From Octopus sinensis (taxonomy: Eukaryota): DNA of 46,968 bases. A model generated the notes under the pieces. The model saw only the letters and a program-made list of their open reading frames with translations. It made no database searches and was not told the origin of the DNA. Each line of letters starts with the position of its first letter. Within the stretch, counting starts at the first letter, position 1. The translations under genes were made by a program, and so were the position numbers. Shown in pieces: positions 1 through 11,141 of the stretch. The stretch lies in NCBI RefSeq assembly GCF_006345805.1, contig NW_021834559.1:1-46968 (forward strand). Reading direction: 5' to 3'.

Positions 1-685
1 AGTAGTGTTAGTGGTGATGGTAGTGGTGCTGGTAGTTGCGGCGGCGTTGGTGATGGTAGTGATGACCATTGTTGTAATGGCGGTACTGGTGGTGGTGGTG
101 GTTGTATGGTGGTGGTAGCAGCAGTGGTTATGGTCGGATGGTGTTGGAGATGGTCTGCAGTGGTGGTAGCAAGGCAGATGTTACGGTACAGGCTGTCGTT
201 AACTGGAAGTGATGGTGACGGCGCTGATGGTGCCGTTGTTGTTGTCGTCGTTGTTATTGTTGTTGTTGTTGTTTTTGCTGTTGTTGTTGTTGTTTTTGCT
301 GTTGTTATTGTTGTTGTTGTTTTTACTGTTGTTGTTGTTGTTGTTGATCTTTCTTTTCAATCTTGTCGCTGATATCTGTCATTTTATACATTGCTGTTCA
401 TAATTGATTTTATTTGTATTATTGTTTTGTTGTTGTTGTTGCCTTCGTTTTCGTTGCTTTTCTCGTTCTTGTTCTTGTTATTGTAGCTCGTCTTCAGTTA
501 TCTTCAAGGACATCATTGTTGCTCTTCATCTTCTTATAATTGCCGTGCTTTTGTTGTTGTTCTTGTTGTTCTTGGTGTCTTGTTCTTCTTGTCCTTGTTG
601 CTGTTCTTTTGGATGTTATCATTGTTGTTGATATCGTCGTCGTGTTTGTCGTCGTCACAGCCGTCGATTGTGTCATTGATGTTGT
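1..685. repeat. Low-complexity trinucleotide repeats (GGT/GTT-rich)
   Basis: Degenerate (GGT)n then (GTT)n runs; they explain the poly-V/poly-L ORFs in the track. Confidence 0.9.
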
Positions 686-930
686 TGTTATTGTTGGCGT
701 TGCGGTTGCTCTTGTGCTCTCGTCTAACCCGTCGAAAGAATGTGACCTGAGTCACCGAGGACGGAGCACGCAACAGGACGATGTCTGTCGGTTCATTAAC
801 ACACGCCCTCTCGCCACTCACGAAACCTGCACGCGACGACGAAGTGACAACGTGTATAACATTCTGGGTGGGGTCAAAACTATATACACAAGGGTGAACA
901 CCAGGAATGTCTCCCTTGCTCACACCTCCT
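686..930. other. Non-repetitive CpG-rich island next to a (CT)n tract; possible cis-regulatory element or 5' exon
   Basis: Many CpGs and a TGAGTCA motif at 748-754; followed by CT-rich tract 925-1020; no repeat family recognised. Confidence 0.3.
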
Positions 931-1169
931 CTTACTTCTCTCCTTCTCTCTCTCTTTCTCTCTCTCTCGCTCCTCTCCTTCTCTCTTTCTTCTTTTCTTG
1001 CTTTCTTTCTCAGCCCCTCCCCTGACTAGAAATTCCATCCCACAATGAAACAGCGAACTTAAGTAACATGAGCTAAAATGAGATATTCCAGTGGAATAAT
1101 TCAGAGACTTTGGTCCTGGTTTCGATCTTCGCTTGACGCTATTTCATTAACATTAGAGTAGAATATTGG

Positions 1170-1598
1170 TTTCAAATTTTGGCACAAAGCCAGCATTTTC
1201 GGGAAAGGAGTAAACCGATTACATCAACCTCAGTACTCAACTGGTACTTATTTTGTCCTACTTTTTGCCCTACGTGCCAACGATTCTGCCAGCTCGCTGC
1301 CTGCAAAGGATAAATGTTACTTTCAAATTTTAGCACAATGCCAGCACGTCCGGGAAAGGGAATAAGTCGATTACGTCGATCTCAGTATTCGAGAGTTACT
1401 TATTTTATCGAGGTACATATATTTGAGAGGTACTTATTTTACCGCTAAGCATCTCGCCTGGTGTGCTAACGTTTCTGCCAGCTCGCTGCCTTGATACATG
1501 CTAATATATTCTTTTCTACTCTAAGCACAAGGCCCTAAATTTTGGGGGAGGTAGCCAGTCGATTAGATCAACCCCAGGACGCAACTGGTACTTAATTT
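1170..1598 (-). mobile_element. Three SINE-M copies/fragments (tRNA head plus Meta/MESC-like central domain)
   Basis: Reverse complement of head GGCAGCGAGCTGGCAGAA.CGTT.GCAC ending near 1311 and 1491; domain AAATAAGTACCAGTT; tails CTTGTGCCAAAATTTGAAA and CTTGTGCTTAGAGTAGAAAAGAATAT. Confidence 0.85.
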
Positions 1599-1599
1599 A

Positions 1600-2222
1600 T
1601 GTGTCTATCCTTGTTTGTCCTCTCTGTGTTTAGCCCCTTGTGGGTAGTAAAGAAATAGGTATTTCGTCTGTCTTTTCATTCTGTGTTCTAATTCCACCGA
1701 GGTCGACTTGGCCTTTCATCATTTGGGGTCGATTAAATAAGTACCAGTTACGCACTGGGGTCGATATAATCAACTTAATCCCTCTGTCTGTTCTTGTTTG
1801 TCCTCTCTGTATTTAGCCCCTTGTGGGCAATAAAGAAATAAGAAACGTTAGCACACCGGGCGAAATTCTTAGCGGTATTTCGTCTGTCTTTTCGGTCTGA
1901 GTTCAAATTCTGTCGAGGTCAACTTGGCCTTTTATCTTTTGGGGTCGATAAATTAAGTACCAGTTGCGTACTGGGGTCGATCTAATTGATTGGCCCCCAC
2001 TTCCCGAAAATTTCGGGCCTTGTGCCTAGAGTAAAAAAGAACATGCTTAGCTGGCATCTCATAAGTCTTCATGCTTTGAGTTCAAATCCTGCCGATGTTG
2101 ACTTCACCCTTCATCCTTTTGGGGGTCGATAAAATCAGTATCTGATTAGCACTGGAGGGGGGGGGGTAATCGACTCGCTCCTTCCCTCCTAAATTACTAG
2201 CCTTGTGCCAAAATTTGAAACC
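1600..2222 (+). mobile_element. Four tandem SINE-M units with three different tails
   Basis: B-box GAGTTCAAAT(T/C)C; domain GGTCGACTTGGCCTTTCATC..TTGGGGTCGAT.AAAT.AGTACCAG; tails ending AAAGAAATA (1657, 1840), CCTAGAGTAAAAAAGAAC (2042), CCAAAATTTGAAA (2220). Confidence 0.88.
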
Positions 2223-2456
2223 GATATTTCCCTGTTTGCTGTAGTAAAACCTGCTGCATCTTGTATGCAATCTCTCTATCACTGCAGCACGTCATACACC
2301 ATCGGTTGTAATATCACTCTACTGCAGTTGAAGAACATAATACGTTTACTGTTAAATCCTTTTATTGCTGTGGTATAACAATACATTTGCTGTAATATCT
2401 CTCCATTCTTCTCGTAGAATATATTACATTGGACGTAATTTCTTTCTCTCTCACTC

Positions 2457-2496
<40 letters not shown>

Positions 2497-3042
2497 CATT
2501 CCTCTCCTCTAGTACATTATTTCAATTGTCTTATGATATATTTCTACTCTCCATATTTTCTCCAATCTCTTCGTATTCACAATTCACTGGAATATTCTCA
2601 ACGTTTATTCATTTTCTTGTTTCTTTCTCTCTAAATTTACTGTTTGTGTTCACAGAATATTTTACCTTGTTTCAATTGTACGATTCTTATATTTCTATAT
2701 TTCTTTATTTTTCCCAAACTATTTATTCTCCAAGATTTCTCTTCCACTTCATCCATAAATCTTTCCTTACTTTCTCTTGGCTCCTGTTCATCCTTAATTT
2801 TAAACATTCTATATAACAGTGGGTTTTGACATTTTAGCTAATATTTTTACGTTTTTCCTTTAGATTTTTAAATCTTCTTCTATCTTTTCTCCTTCGGTTG
2901 ATTCTTCCCTTTCGCTTGTTTGTTTCTTCTTATTTCTACGTTTGTTCCGTTGTATCTTTTTGCTTGGTTACGTTTGAGATTTTTATCCCAGCATCTTCAG
3001 TTATTACAAATGCTGTGACGTGCATTAGTCTGTTAAATATTA

Positions 3043-3113
3043 TACATACATACATACATACATTTATCAATATGCGTGTGTATACACACACATACATGTG
3101 TCTATACATATCT

Positions 3114-3179
<66 letters not shown>

Positions 3180-3264
3180 TATATATATACACATATATAT
3201 ATGTATATATATATGTATATGTATATATGATATGTATGTATATATATATACATTATATATATAT

Positions 3265-3309
<45 letters not shown>

Positions 3310-3345
3310 TAACATATATCTATATGTATATATACATATATCTGT
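3043..3345. repeat. (TA)n/(TACA)n microsatellite
   Basis: Direct reading. Confidence 0.95.
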
Positions 3346-3409
3346 CTGTCTGTATCTACCATTGTTTATATATATATATTATCCAATATTTCTAATAACT
3401 TCTGAAGTA

Positions 3410-3625
3410 GGCTCAAAGCCAAGCATTTTAGAGGAGTGTGAAATCGATTTTAAATCGATCCTAGTACAACGTTTTATTATATTTTATTGGTCGTACATAT
3501 TATGTTTTATTGCATTGGTCGAAAGACAAAATTGAGTCGAGCAAAATTTGAACTCAGTCTACTGACAATCGTGACGGATAATAAACACGGTATGGCGCTT
3601 GATTCGTTATTTTACCGATTCTACA
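3410..3625 (-). mobile_element. Degenerate SINE-M
   Basis: AATCGATT...ATCGATCCTAGTAC and GTCGAGCAAAATTTGAACTCAG match the reverse complement of the SINE-M core and B-box. Confidence 0.55.
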
Positions 3626-3899
3626 CTCCATGACCTTTAATTCATTTTGTAATTATCGCTAATCCGCTGTTAACTTCCTTCAAAATCGCTACATTTTCTT
3701 TTTTTTTGCTTAGAGTCTTTCTCTGATATCCCACTGGTTGTCTTTAATTTCTAGGAAATGTCTCTTCAATATGTTGTTCAATTATAAAGGGAATTCTAAA
3801 ACGATGTAGCTTTGATGAGAAATTATCGTATTGGGAAATGATTGTAGAGAAAATGCACTGTGTGAATTATTCTGTAGTACTGGGAGGTGAGAACAGAGA

Positions 3900-3901
3900 G
3901 A

Positions 3902-3967
<66 letters not shown>

Positions 3968-4078
3968 CACTACATACATACATACATGCATACATATGTA
4001 TATATAGTATATATGTGTGTGTATTTGTATATACATATGTGAGTATATGTGTATGTGCATTGATATATATATATATAA

Positions 4079-4125
<47 letters not shown>

Positions 4126-4212
4126 ATAATATATTATATATATATATAATATATATTATATATCTAATATATATATTATATATAGTATATATTTGCATAT
4201 ACATATATATAG
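3900..4212. repeat. (TA)n compound microsatellite
   Basis: Direct reading. Confidence 0.95.
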
Positions 4213-4477
4213 GGGTGTTGGATTATATATTGGGAGGTGAGTGTGTATAAGTGTAGAATAGATATGTGATGGCGTAATTTGAGTTATATAGCATTGGAAA
4301 GTGATTGTGTAGAACGCATCCGTGTCATTATTTGTGCTGTGGGTGGTGGTCCTCTTTTAACACGGCGCTAGCACGGCTCTGTACTGGAGAAGTTCATTTT
4401 GCAACCTCGTATTTTCGTGTTCAATCGCACTTGTGCGTGAATTTGGTAGACGAAAATTCAGCAGAAACCTAAAACCT

Positions 4478-4511
<34 letters not shown>

Positions 4512-4517
4512 GGGAGA

Positions 4518-4550
<33 letters not shown>

Positions 4551-4809
4551 TGTGTGTGTGTCCCTGCATCGCTCAACAACCACTTTGTGTAAAGTTGGCT
4601 GTAAGGTCTAGTATGATCTTTAGGCGTTTATTCCTAACATTCTTTAAAATACGCAAAACACCGATTCGCTATTATTGATACAAAGGTTGCGAGCTGGCAG
4701 AATTGTTAACCCATCGAACAATATGCTTAGTGGCAATTCTTTCAACTCCTTGTATGGTGTATGCGTGTGCATACGTGCGTGCGCGTACGCGCGTGCGTGT
4801 ATGTGTGTG

Positions 4810-4966
4810 ACCACGGGTTTCTTTCGGTTTCCATCTACCAAATTCACTCACAAGGCATTGGTCAGACCGAAGCTACAATAGAACGCATTTGGCCATGATG
4901 TCACACAGTAAAACTGAACCGAAGATCGCATGATTGGGAAGCGAGCTTCGCAACCACACAGCCACG
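4810..4966 (-). mobile_element. SINE-C 5' half (tRNA head plus CORE-like domain)
   Basis: GGTTTCCATCTACCAAATTCACTCACAAGGCATTGG...ACTGAACC...ACCACACAGCCAC matches the reverse complement of the intact copy at 31801. Confidence 0.8.
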
Positions 4967-5244
4967 GATATTTTGTAGCGTGGCATTGGTCCTACTCTGG
5001 TAAGTCAGTCCTGATTCTGCTTTTAGTTCAGAATCAGCAGAGTTCTATACCAAAATGTCTTGTAAGTTGACCCCTGTAGACCAAGACATTATAAGAGAAC
5101 AGTTGCTGTTCTTGCACATTTGTTGTTGACGCTGGGCCTCCTAAATTAATGTTTACGTGGTGGGGCAATAATGAGGTTGTTGGTGTTATTGCTGCATACC
5201 TTTGTGTATATGATTATATGAATCCAGGTAAAAAAAAAGTCACA

Positions 5245-5335
5245 GGGGTTTTGTCTGGGGAGTTTTGACCTAGAGGGTTTTGTCCTAGGGTGGTTGATCC
5301 TAGAGGGCTTTTGTCCTAGGAGGGTTTTGTCCGGA
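5245..5335. repeat. Six degenerate ~15-bp tandem units (AGGGTTTTGTCCTAG)
   Basis: ggggttttgtctgg/ggagttttgacctag/agggttttgtcctag/ggtggttgatcctag/agggcttttgtcctagg/agggttttgtccgg. Confidence 0.75.
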
Positions 5336-5477
5336 TCCCATAAATTAATTGTGACTTTATTCCTGATCACCGATTATATTAGTCTGGTCAAAGCTGAAAA
5401 GATAGATTGCTTGCTGCGATTTGTTGTTCTTCTTCTTGTCCGTGTTGCTTTGTCTTAAGTGGGAAGTTATATAGGTG

Positions 5478-5822
5478 ACTAGCAGTATCGCCCGGCGTTG
5501 CTCAGGTTTGTAAGGGAAATAACTATAAAGCATTTTTAAAGAGTTATAGCCAAAAAATAGCAAAAAAATGGAAAAAAAAGATGGTAAATTTTTTGAGAGT
5601 TAAAAAAGGTGGAGTTGCGACCCCATGTCGAATTTATCGATTTTTTTCAGAACTGGGGGAACTTTTCAAAATTTTCGCTGCGTTAGTTTTGGATTATGAC
5701 ATTGGGCTATGTGTGTGTCAAGTTTCATCAGAATCGGTTGAAAGCCGTGGTCAGAGGGAGGGTACGAGCAAACAGACACACAGAAAACGCACAGACAAAC
5801 TGCCGTTTATATAGAGAGAGAT
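5478..5822 (+). mobile_element. Non-autonomous Helitron/Helentron-type (DINE/HINE-like) element
   Basis: Starts ACTAGCAGTATCGCCCGGCGTTGCTCAGG (short hairpin); AAGTTTCATCAGAATCGG; ACAGAC-type microsatellite; ends TTTATATAGAGAGAGAT, the usual architecture of these invertebrate elements. Confidence 0.65.
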
Positions 5823-6545
5823 GATGACAATGACGGCGGCGACGGCGCACTGATCATGATGATGACGACGACTAATATAATGATAATTATTATGATGATT
5901 ATGATAGCAGTGGTGATATTGGTGGTAGTAGTGGTAGCGGCGGCGGTGGTGATGGTGGTGATGTTGGTGGTCGTGATGTTGGTGGTGATGGTGGTGATGG
6001 TGTTCGTCGTCGTCGTCGTCATTGTTGTGGTACGGATGGTGGTCGTGGCGGTGGGTAGACGACGGTTTTGGTGACGATGATGATAGCGATGATGATGATG
6101 ATGATGATGACGATGTTCATCGTTATGATGATATGACGATAATGGTGGTGGTCGTCGTCGTCATGGAGGTGGTCGTGGTGGTTGTGGTGGTCGTGATCGT
6201 GGTCATGGTGGCGGTGCTGGTGAAGGGGATACAGTTGATGATGATCACGATATTAATGATGATGATGTTGATGATGATGATGATGATGAAGGTGGAGGCG
6301 GCGGCGGTGGTGGTGGTGGTGGTGGTGGTGGTGGTGCGGCGGTGATTGCGGTGATGGTGGTGATGATGAGGTTGATAAGGATGATAATATTTTTGAAATT
6401 ATATATATATATTTATGGTCTATGTTAATGTTTAAATGCTGTTACCGTTGCTACTGCTGCAACTACCACTACCACTACTACTACTGCTGCCACTGCTGCT
6501 GCTGCTGCTGTTGATGTTGCTATTGCTGCCGCAGCTGCTGCCGCT
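5823..6545. repeat. GAT/GGT/GCT trinucleotide low-complexity tract
   Basis: Direct reading. Confidence 0.9.
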
Positions 6546-6839
6546 CCTATAATTTCAGTTCATTAGTCGATAAAATCACACCCGAAGCAATCACTTGATA
6601 TTTGATAAACTGTACAACAACAACAACAACAACCACAACAACAACAAGAGCAACACTGGAAAATAACAACACCTACTGCTAAAAAATAAATAATAAACAA
6701 ATACATAAATGAATAAATAATAAATAAATAAATAAATAAATAATGTATAAAAATGGCGTACATCCGTAGCGAAAGAGTAAATATTACAACACAACAAGAA
6801 AGTCGTACAACAGATACAACACAGATAACTAAACACATA

Positions 6840-6854
6840 TATAGAACCATATAA

Positions 6855-6897
<43 letters not shown>

Positions 6898-6988
6898 ATA
6901 TAATGCTATAATATATATATATGCAAGCATGTATGTTATTATATATATGTATAATATATATATATATAATAGTATATACTATATATAC

Positions 6989-7024
<36 letters not shown>

Positions 7025-7035
7025 ATATATATATC

Positions 7036-7068
<33 letters not shown>

Positions 7069-8005
7069 TATATCAGCGAAAAGACAACAGCAGCGGCAAA
7101 GACATGACGACGACGGCGACGCTATCATCATCATCATTATTATCATCATCATTAACAGCAACATTATTTCATCATCATTAACAGCAACAACGACAATTAC
7201 AACAACAACAACAACGAGTATAATCCAGCTGAACAACGAAATCAACAAGATTTCATAAGAGATGTTTGCCAAGAAATTTCGAGATAATTGATTCCGTTTA
7301 AATATTTTATTGATTTTTTTATTTTGATTTTTTTTTTTGATTTTTTTTTCGTTTTATTAATATTTAAATGTTATATTGGTGATTTTTTTTTGTTTTATTT
7401 GTTTCTTTGTTTTATATACTCTTTTGTTTTAGCTTTATTTTGTTTTTGTTTTTTTTATTAATCATTTATTGTGTTGTTGTGCGGTGTTGTGATTGTGATG
7501 ATTACGGGTTGTGCGATGGTATGGCGGTGTTGTACAGTATGCAGTGGTCGTGTTGTGTGGTAGCATGCACGTATGCATCAATGTATAATGTATATGGCTG
7601 TATGCAATACATATGTATGATGTATGTATGTATATATGTGTGTATATATATATGTATGTATATATGTATGTATATATGTATGTATGTATATATGTATGTA
7701 TATATGTATGTATGTATATATGTATGTATGTATATATGTATGTATATATGTATGTATATATGTATGTATATATGTATGTATATATGTATATATGTATGTA
7801 TATATGTATGTGTATGCATATATGTATGTACGTATGCATGCGTGAAGGCATATATATATATGTTTGTATGTAAAGCATGTACGTACGTATGTATGTATAT
7901 ATGTATGTACAAATGTATGCATGAATCTACATATGTTTGTTGTATGTAACGCATGTACGTACTATGTATGTATGTTTGTATGCAATGCATGTATGTATGT
8001 ATGTT
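6840..8005. repeat. Compound microsatellite zone ((TA)n, (CAT/CAA)n, (TATG/TATATG)n)
   Basis: Direct reading; 7600-7810 is a tatatgtatg array. Confidence 0.85.
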
Positions 8006-8263
8006 ATTTGATAAGTATCCGGTATTGTTGCCATAATAACGAAGCTAAAGCGCACAGAGTGAAGCCGCTTGTCACAGATTGACATTGAACTCTGCTGTAC
8101 AGAGCTCACTTCCGCTGTTTACAGCAGTGCTTGGAAGTAACGTGCGTAGCGTGTGTTCGTCGCATTGACTATGTCAGAGAAAGTTGAGGAGAGAATCTGC
8201 ATTTTTTAATTTTATTTTACTCTAGGCACAAGGCCCGAAATTTTGGATGAGTGGGTAGGTAGG

Positions 8264-9124
8264 TAAAACTCACTTGGAAGAGGATGCGTGGCGTTCAATC
8301 ATATAATAATATAAATAATATATATATATATATATATATGCATATATACATACGTATATGTACGTACTTACATCTATACGTATATATATAATATACGTAT
8401 ATATATATCTATACGTATATATATAATATATATATATATGTGTGTGTGGTGTGTGTGCATATGTGGACACAGGACGTCAAGAAACGTGTACAATGAAAGA
8501 AATCGAAGCACGAATACATGGAACATGAACTATTGTTTGGAACAACGAAAGACACAAATGGAAACAATAGAAATATAAAGAACAGCCCTTCATCAGTTAG
8601 TGGCTCTTTTACTAGTCTCGTATTTCCAGCATTTAACAACAATATACACGTTCGAAAAAATCAGTTGCTCCCGTAAAGCAAATTAAATAACATTTGGGAT
8701 TCTGCGGAGAGTCAAAATTGGTAACACAAACAGGACAGTGGAAACAAACAAGAAGGGCCGCTAAGCCTAAACGCGTAAATCAAGCTTGGACAGGAGACAA
8801 ATAAGAACACGTCTTCCTTGTTCCAGCTACAACGGAGAGAAAATAAGAAACACAAGTTAGGAGAAGAAAGAAAGGTGGCCGATGGTCACATGGGAGCCAC
8901 GTCAGCAAAGGAGGAGTGAGGGTGAGAGAGTGATAGAGTAATAGGATAGAATAATGGGAGAAGAGGAGGTAAAAGAATAAGAGAAAGAGAGTAAAACGAA
9001 AGAGTAAAAAGATTGTATAGAGTACGCATCAGCTTTTTAAAGATAAAACTTACTTGGAAGGGGATGCGTGACGTTCAATCATATAATAATAATAATAATA
9101 TAATAATAATAATAATAATAATAT

Positions 9125-9156
<32 letters not shown>

Positions 9157-9329
9157 ATATATAATATATATATATCTATATATATATATATATATATAAT
9201 ATATATATATATATATACATACATCTATACGTATATATATATATTATATATACATATGTGGACACAGGACGTCACGAAACGTGAACAACAAGAAAATACG
9301 AAGCACGAGTACATGGAACATGAACTATT
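8264..9329. mobile_element. Tandem 780-bp-period element with terminally repeated, microsatellite-containing segment (possible Penelope pLTR derivative)
   Basis: TAAAACT.ACTTGGAAG.GGATGCGTG.CGTTCAATCATATAATAAT at 8264 and 9044; CATATGTGGACACAGGACGTCA.GAAACGTG...GAACTATT repeated; minus-strand CTGATGAAG at 8596-8588. Confidence 0.55.
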
Positions 9330-9344
9330 CTTTTGGTGTGTAGG

Positions 9345-9455
9345 TTTTTGTATGGGTGGGTAGGTAGATAGATAGATAGGTAGGTAGGTAGGTAGGTAGG
9401 TAGGTAGGTAGGTAGGTAGGTAGGTAGGTAGGTAGGTAGGTAGGTAGGTAGGTAT
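9345..9455. repeat. (GTAG)n tetranucleotide
   Basis: Direct reading. Confidence 0.95.
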
Positions 9456-9799
9456 GCATATATATGTGTATATATGTATATATATATATATATCGATATA
9501 TATATAGGCAGAATCACAACGACTACGCCAAAACGTCTCATACCCACAGATTTGTATTATTCATCGTGACTAACGCGTGTATTTGAAAATAAAAGTATTT
9601 CACAACGTTAAACCAAGATGTAGATTTTATCTAATTTATCTTTACAAGCCTAATACCCGTCCAACAAAGAGAGAAAATAAAATCCGATTAAACAATTTCC
9701 GTTTCATGATTTAATTATACTTTCATATAATTTTATTGTCAAATTGAATCAATATATATCATTTATCTCCACTCATCTTTAAGAAACATTGCAATGTAT

Positions 9800-10220
9800 A
9801 AACATAGTAAAGATGTGAATAAAGTATTTATTGTCCAGAGGCCTATGATAAATAACAAAATACCCAGCAAGAGGTCATGGGTCGCTTGTGGTTCTAATTA
9901 CTAAAGCGAAAGAAATAAACAATATTACTACATTTGGGAGGAGTGATAATAGATAAAACCTATAAACTCATTCACCGGTTGTTGTTTGTCTATATTTCAC
10001 TTTTATTTCTTTTTCAAAACAGTTTCCCAAACCACCGAATGTTTTTTTCTCTAGACAAATTTATACCTTTCTCAATTAATATACTGTCTTTTCTTTTAAA
10101 TTCTTGGTTTCCACTTTATAACCGACTTTTGCGTTGTTTCGAAAAAAGAAGATAAGTGAAATTTAGACAAAGCACTGATAAGTGTGTTTATAAGTCTTTA
10201 TCGATTATGACCCTTCCTTA
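9800..10220 (-). pseudogene. Possible highly decayed Penelope-like GIY-YIG-proximal fragment
   Basis: Broken minus-strand frames EIKVKYRQTTTG and PPKCSNIVYFFRF resemble the SN(V/I)VY motif before PLE GIY-YIG; many stops. Confidence 0.25.
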
Positions 10221-10611
10221 ATATAACATTATTGTTCTCAACACACGGTTTCAAATCAAAAACATTTTTCATAATCGAACAAGAAAACCTAAAGAATACA
10301 ATATGTGAATATGTGTGTTACCGACATATACGGAAACACACAATAATACAGAGAAAAGTACCTTTCCTCAACCCACCACCACAGGTATATTGCTCTACTC
10401 CCCTTCACATCTTAATGTCCCTATGACCTTCATTTCGTCCTCACTACCTTCTCGCTCTTTCCAATACTTTTCCCATCGTACTATTTAATTCACTTCCATT
10501 ATTAAGTGCTTACTTGCTTTCTCTTTATCTCTCTTTTTACCCTTCTTTTTCATTCTTCCCCCCTCGTGTTTTCTTTCTCTCTTTCCACTTATTCAATAGT
10601 AATTCAGCTGT

Positions 10612-10676
10612 CTATTAGCGGCTGCGCACTATGACTTCCTGTTCTTTCGGAAGTCATAGCGCGCAGCCGCTAATAG
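10612..10676. other. Near-perfect 28-bp GC-rich inverted repeat with 9-nt loop
   Basis: CTATTAGCGGCTGCGCACTATGACTTCC-tgttctttc-GGAAGTCATAGCGCGCAGCCGCTAATAG; single mismatch A10628/C10660. Confidence 0.9.
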
Positions 10677-10850
10677 GATGTGCGCCAATCAAATATTTAC
10701 TGCTTGTCTAAAAAATATATATATATATCTGTCTTATTGGTGTAATGTTATAAAGAGAAATCAGAATCACAAAAGCAAAGTGGAAGAAGAGCAAAAGATG
10801 AACGAGAGCAAAAAGTAAAGAAGTCATTACTTTGAACAAGTTAAGTGATA

Positions 10851-11077
10851 TAAGACGGGGTGCTGTTAGGTTCATGGCTTTAAGGGTATCGTGAAAAGCC
10901 TGATTGGAGGCCCAACCTTCTGAGGTCTTTTACAGGGCTTAGAAAAACTTAAGGACTGCTGCAATATGAGAAAGCATGTGAATATGAGTGAGAGATATGT
11001 TGAATAAAATCATAACTAAGTGATCCTCCTGTATTTTCTTTTACCCAAAGCCAGGAACTTTTCGGCACCCCCACGTA
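10851..11077 (+). mobile_element. Mariner-derived MITE/deletion derivative
   Basis: Degenerate TIRs (..GGGGTGCTGTTAGGTTCATGGCTTT / AAAGCCAGGAACTTTTCGGCACCCCCACGTA); internal GLEKLKDCCN..RYVE* mariner C-terminal remnant; same family as 20072. Confidence 0.75.
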
Positions 11078-11141
11078 TCCTTTTGGCCACCATAAGATAA
11101 AAACTATGTACTCCAGAAAAAAATGAAAACAAGATGATCAG

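Noticed and set aside
534-923. Minus ORF MSKGDIPGVHPCVYSFDPTQ... as a protein-coding exon
   Set aside because: No recognisable domain, no polypyrimidine acceptor on that strand, and the C-terminal half is microsatellite-derived
5010-5090. Two adjacent 9-bp hairpins (CTGATTCTG/CAGAATCAG; AATGTCTTG/CAAGACATT)
   Set aside because: Short stems, probably inside an unclassified repeat; not enough to assign function
9254-9285. Plus-strand ATGTGGA...CGAAACGTG resembling the variant hammerhead
   Set aside because: C3 absent, G at position 17, no stem I
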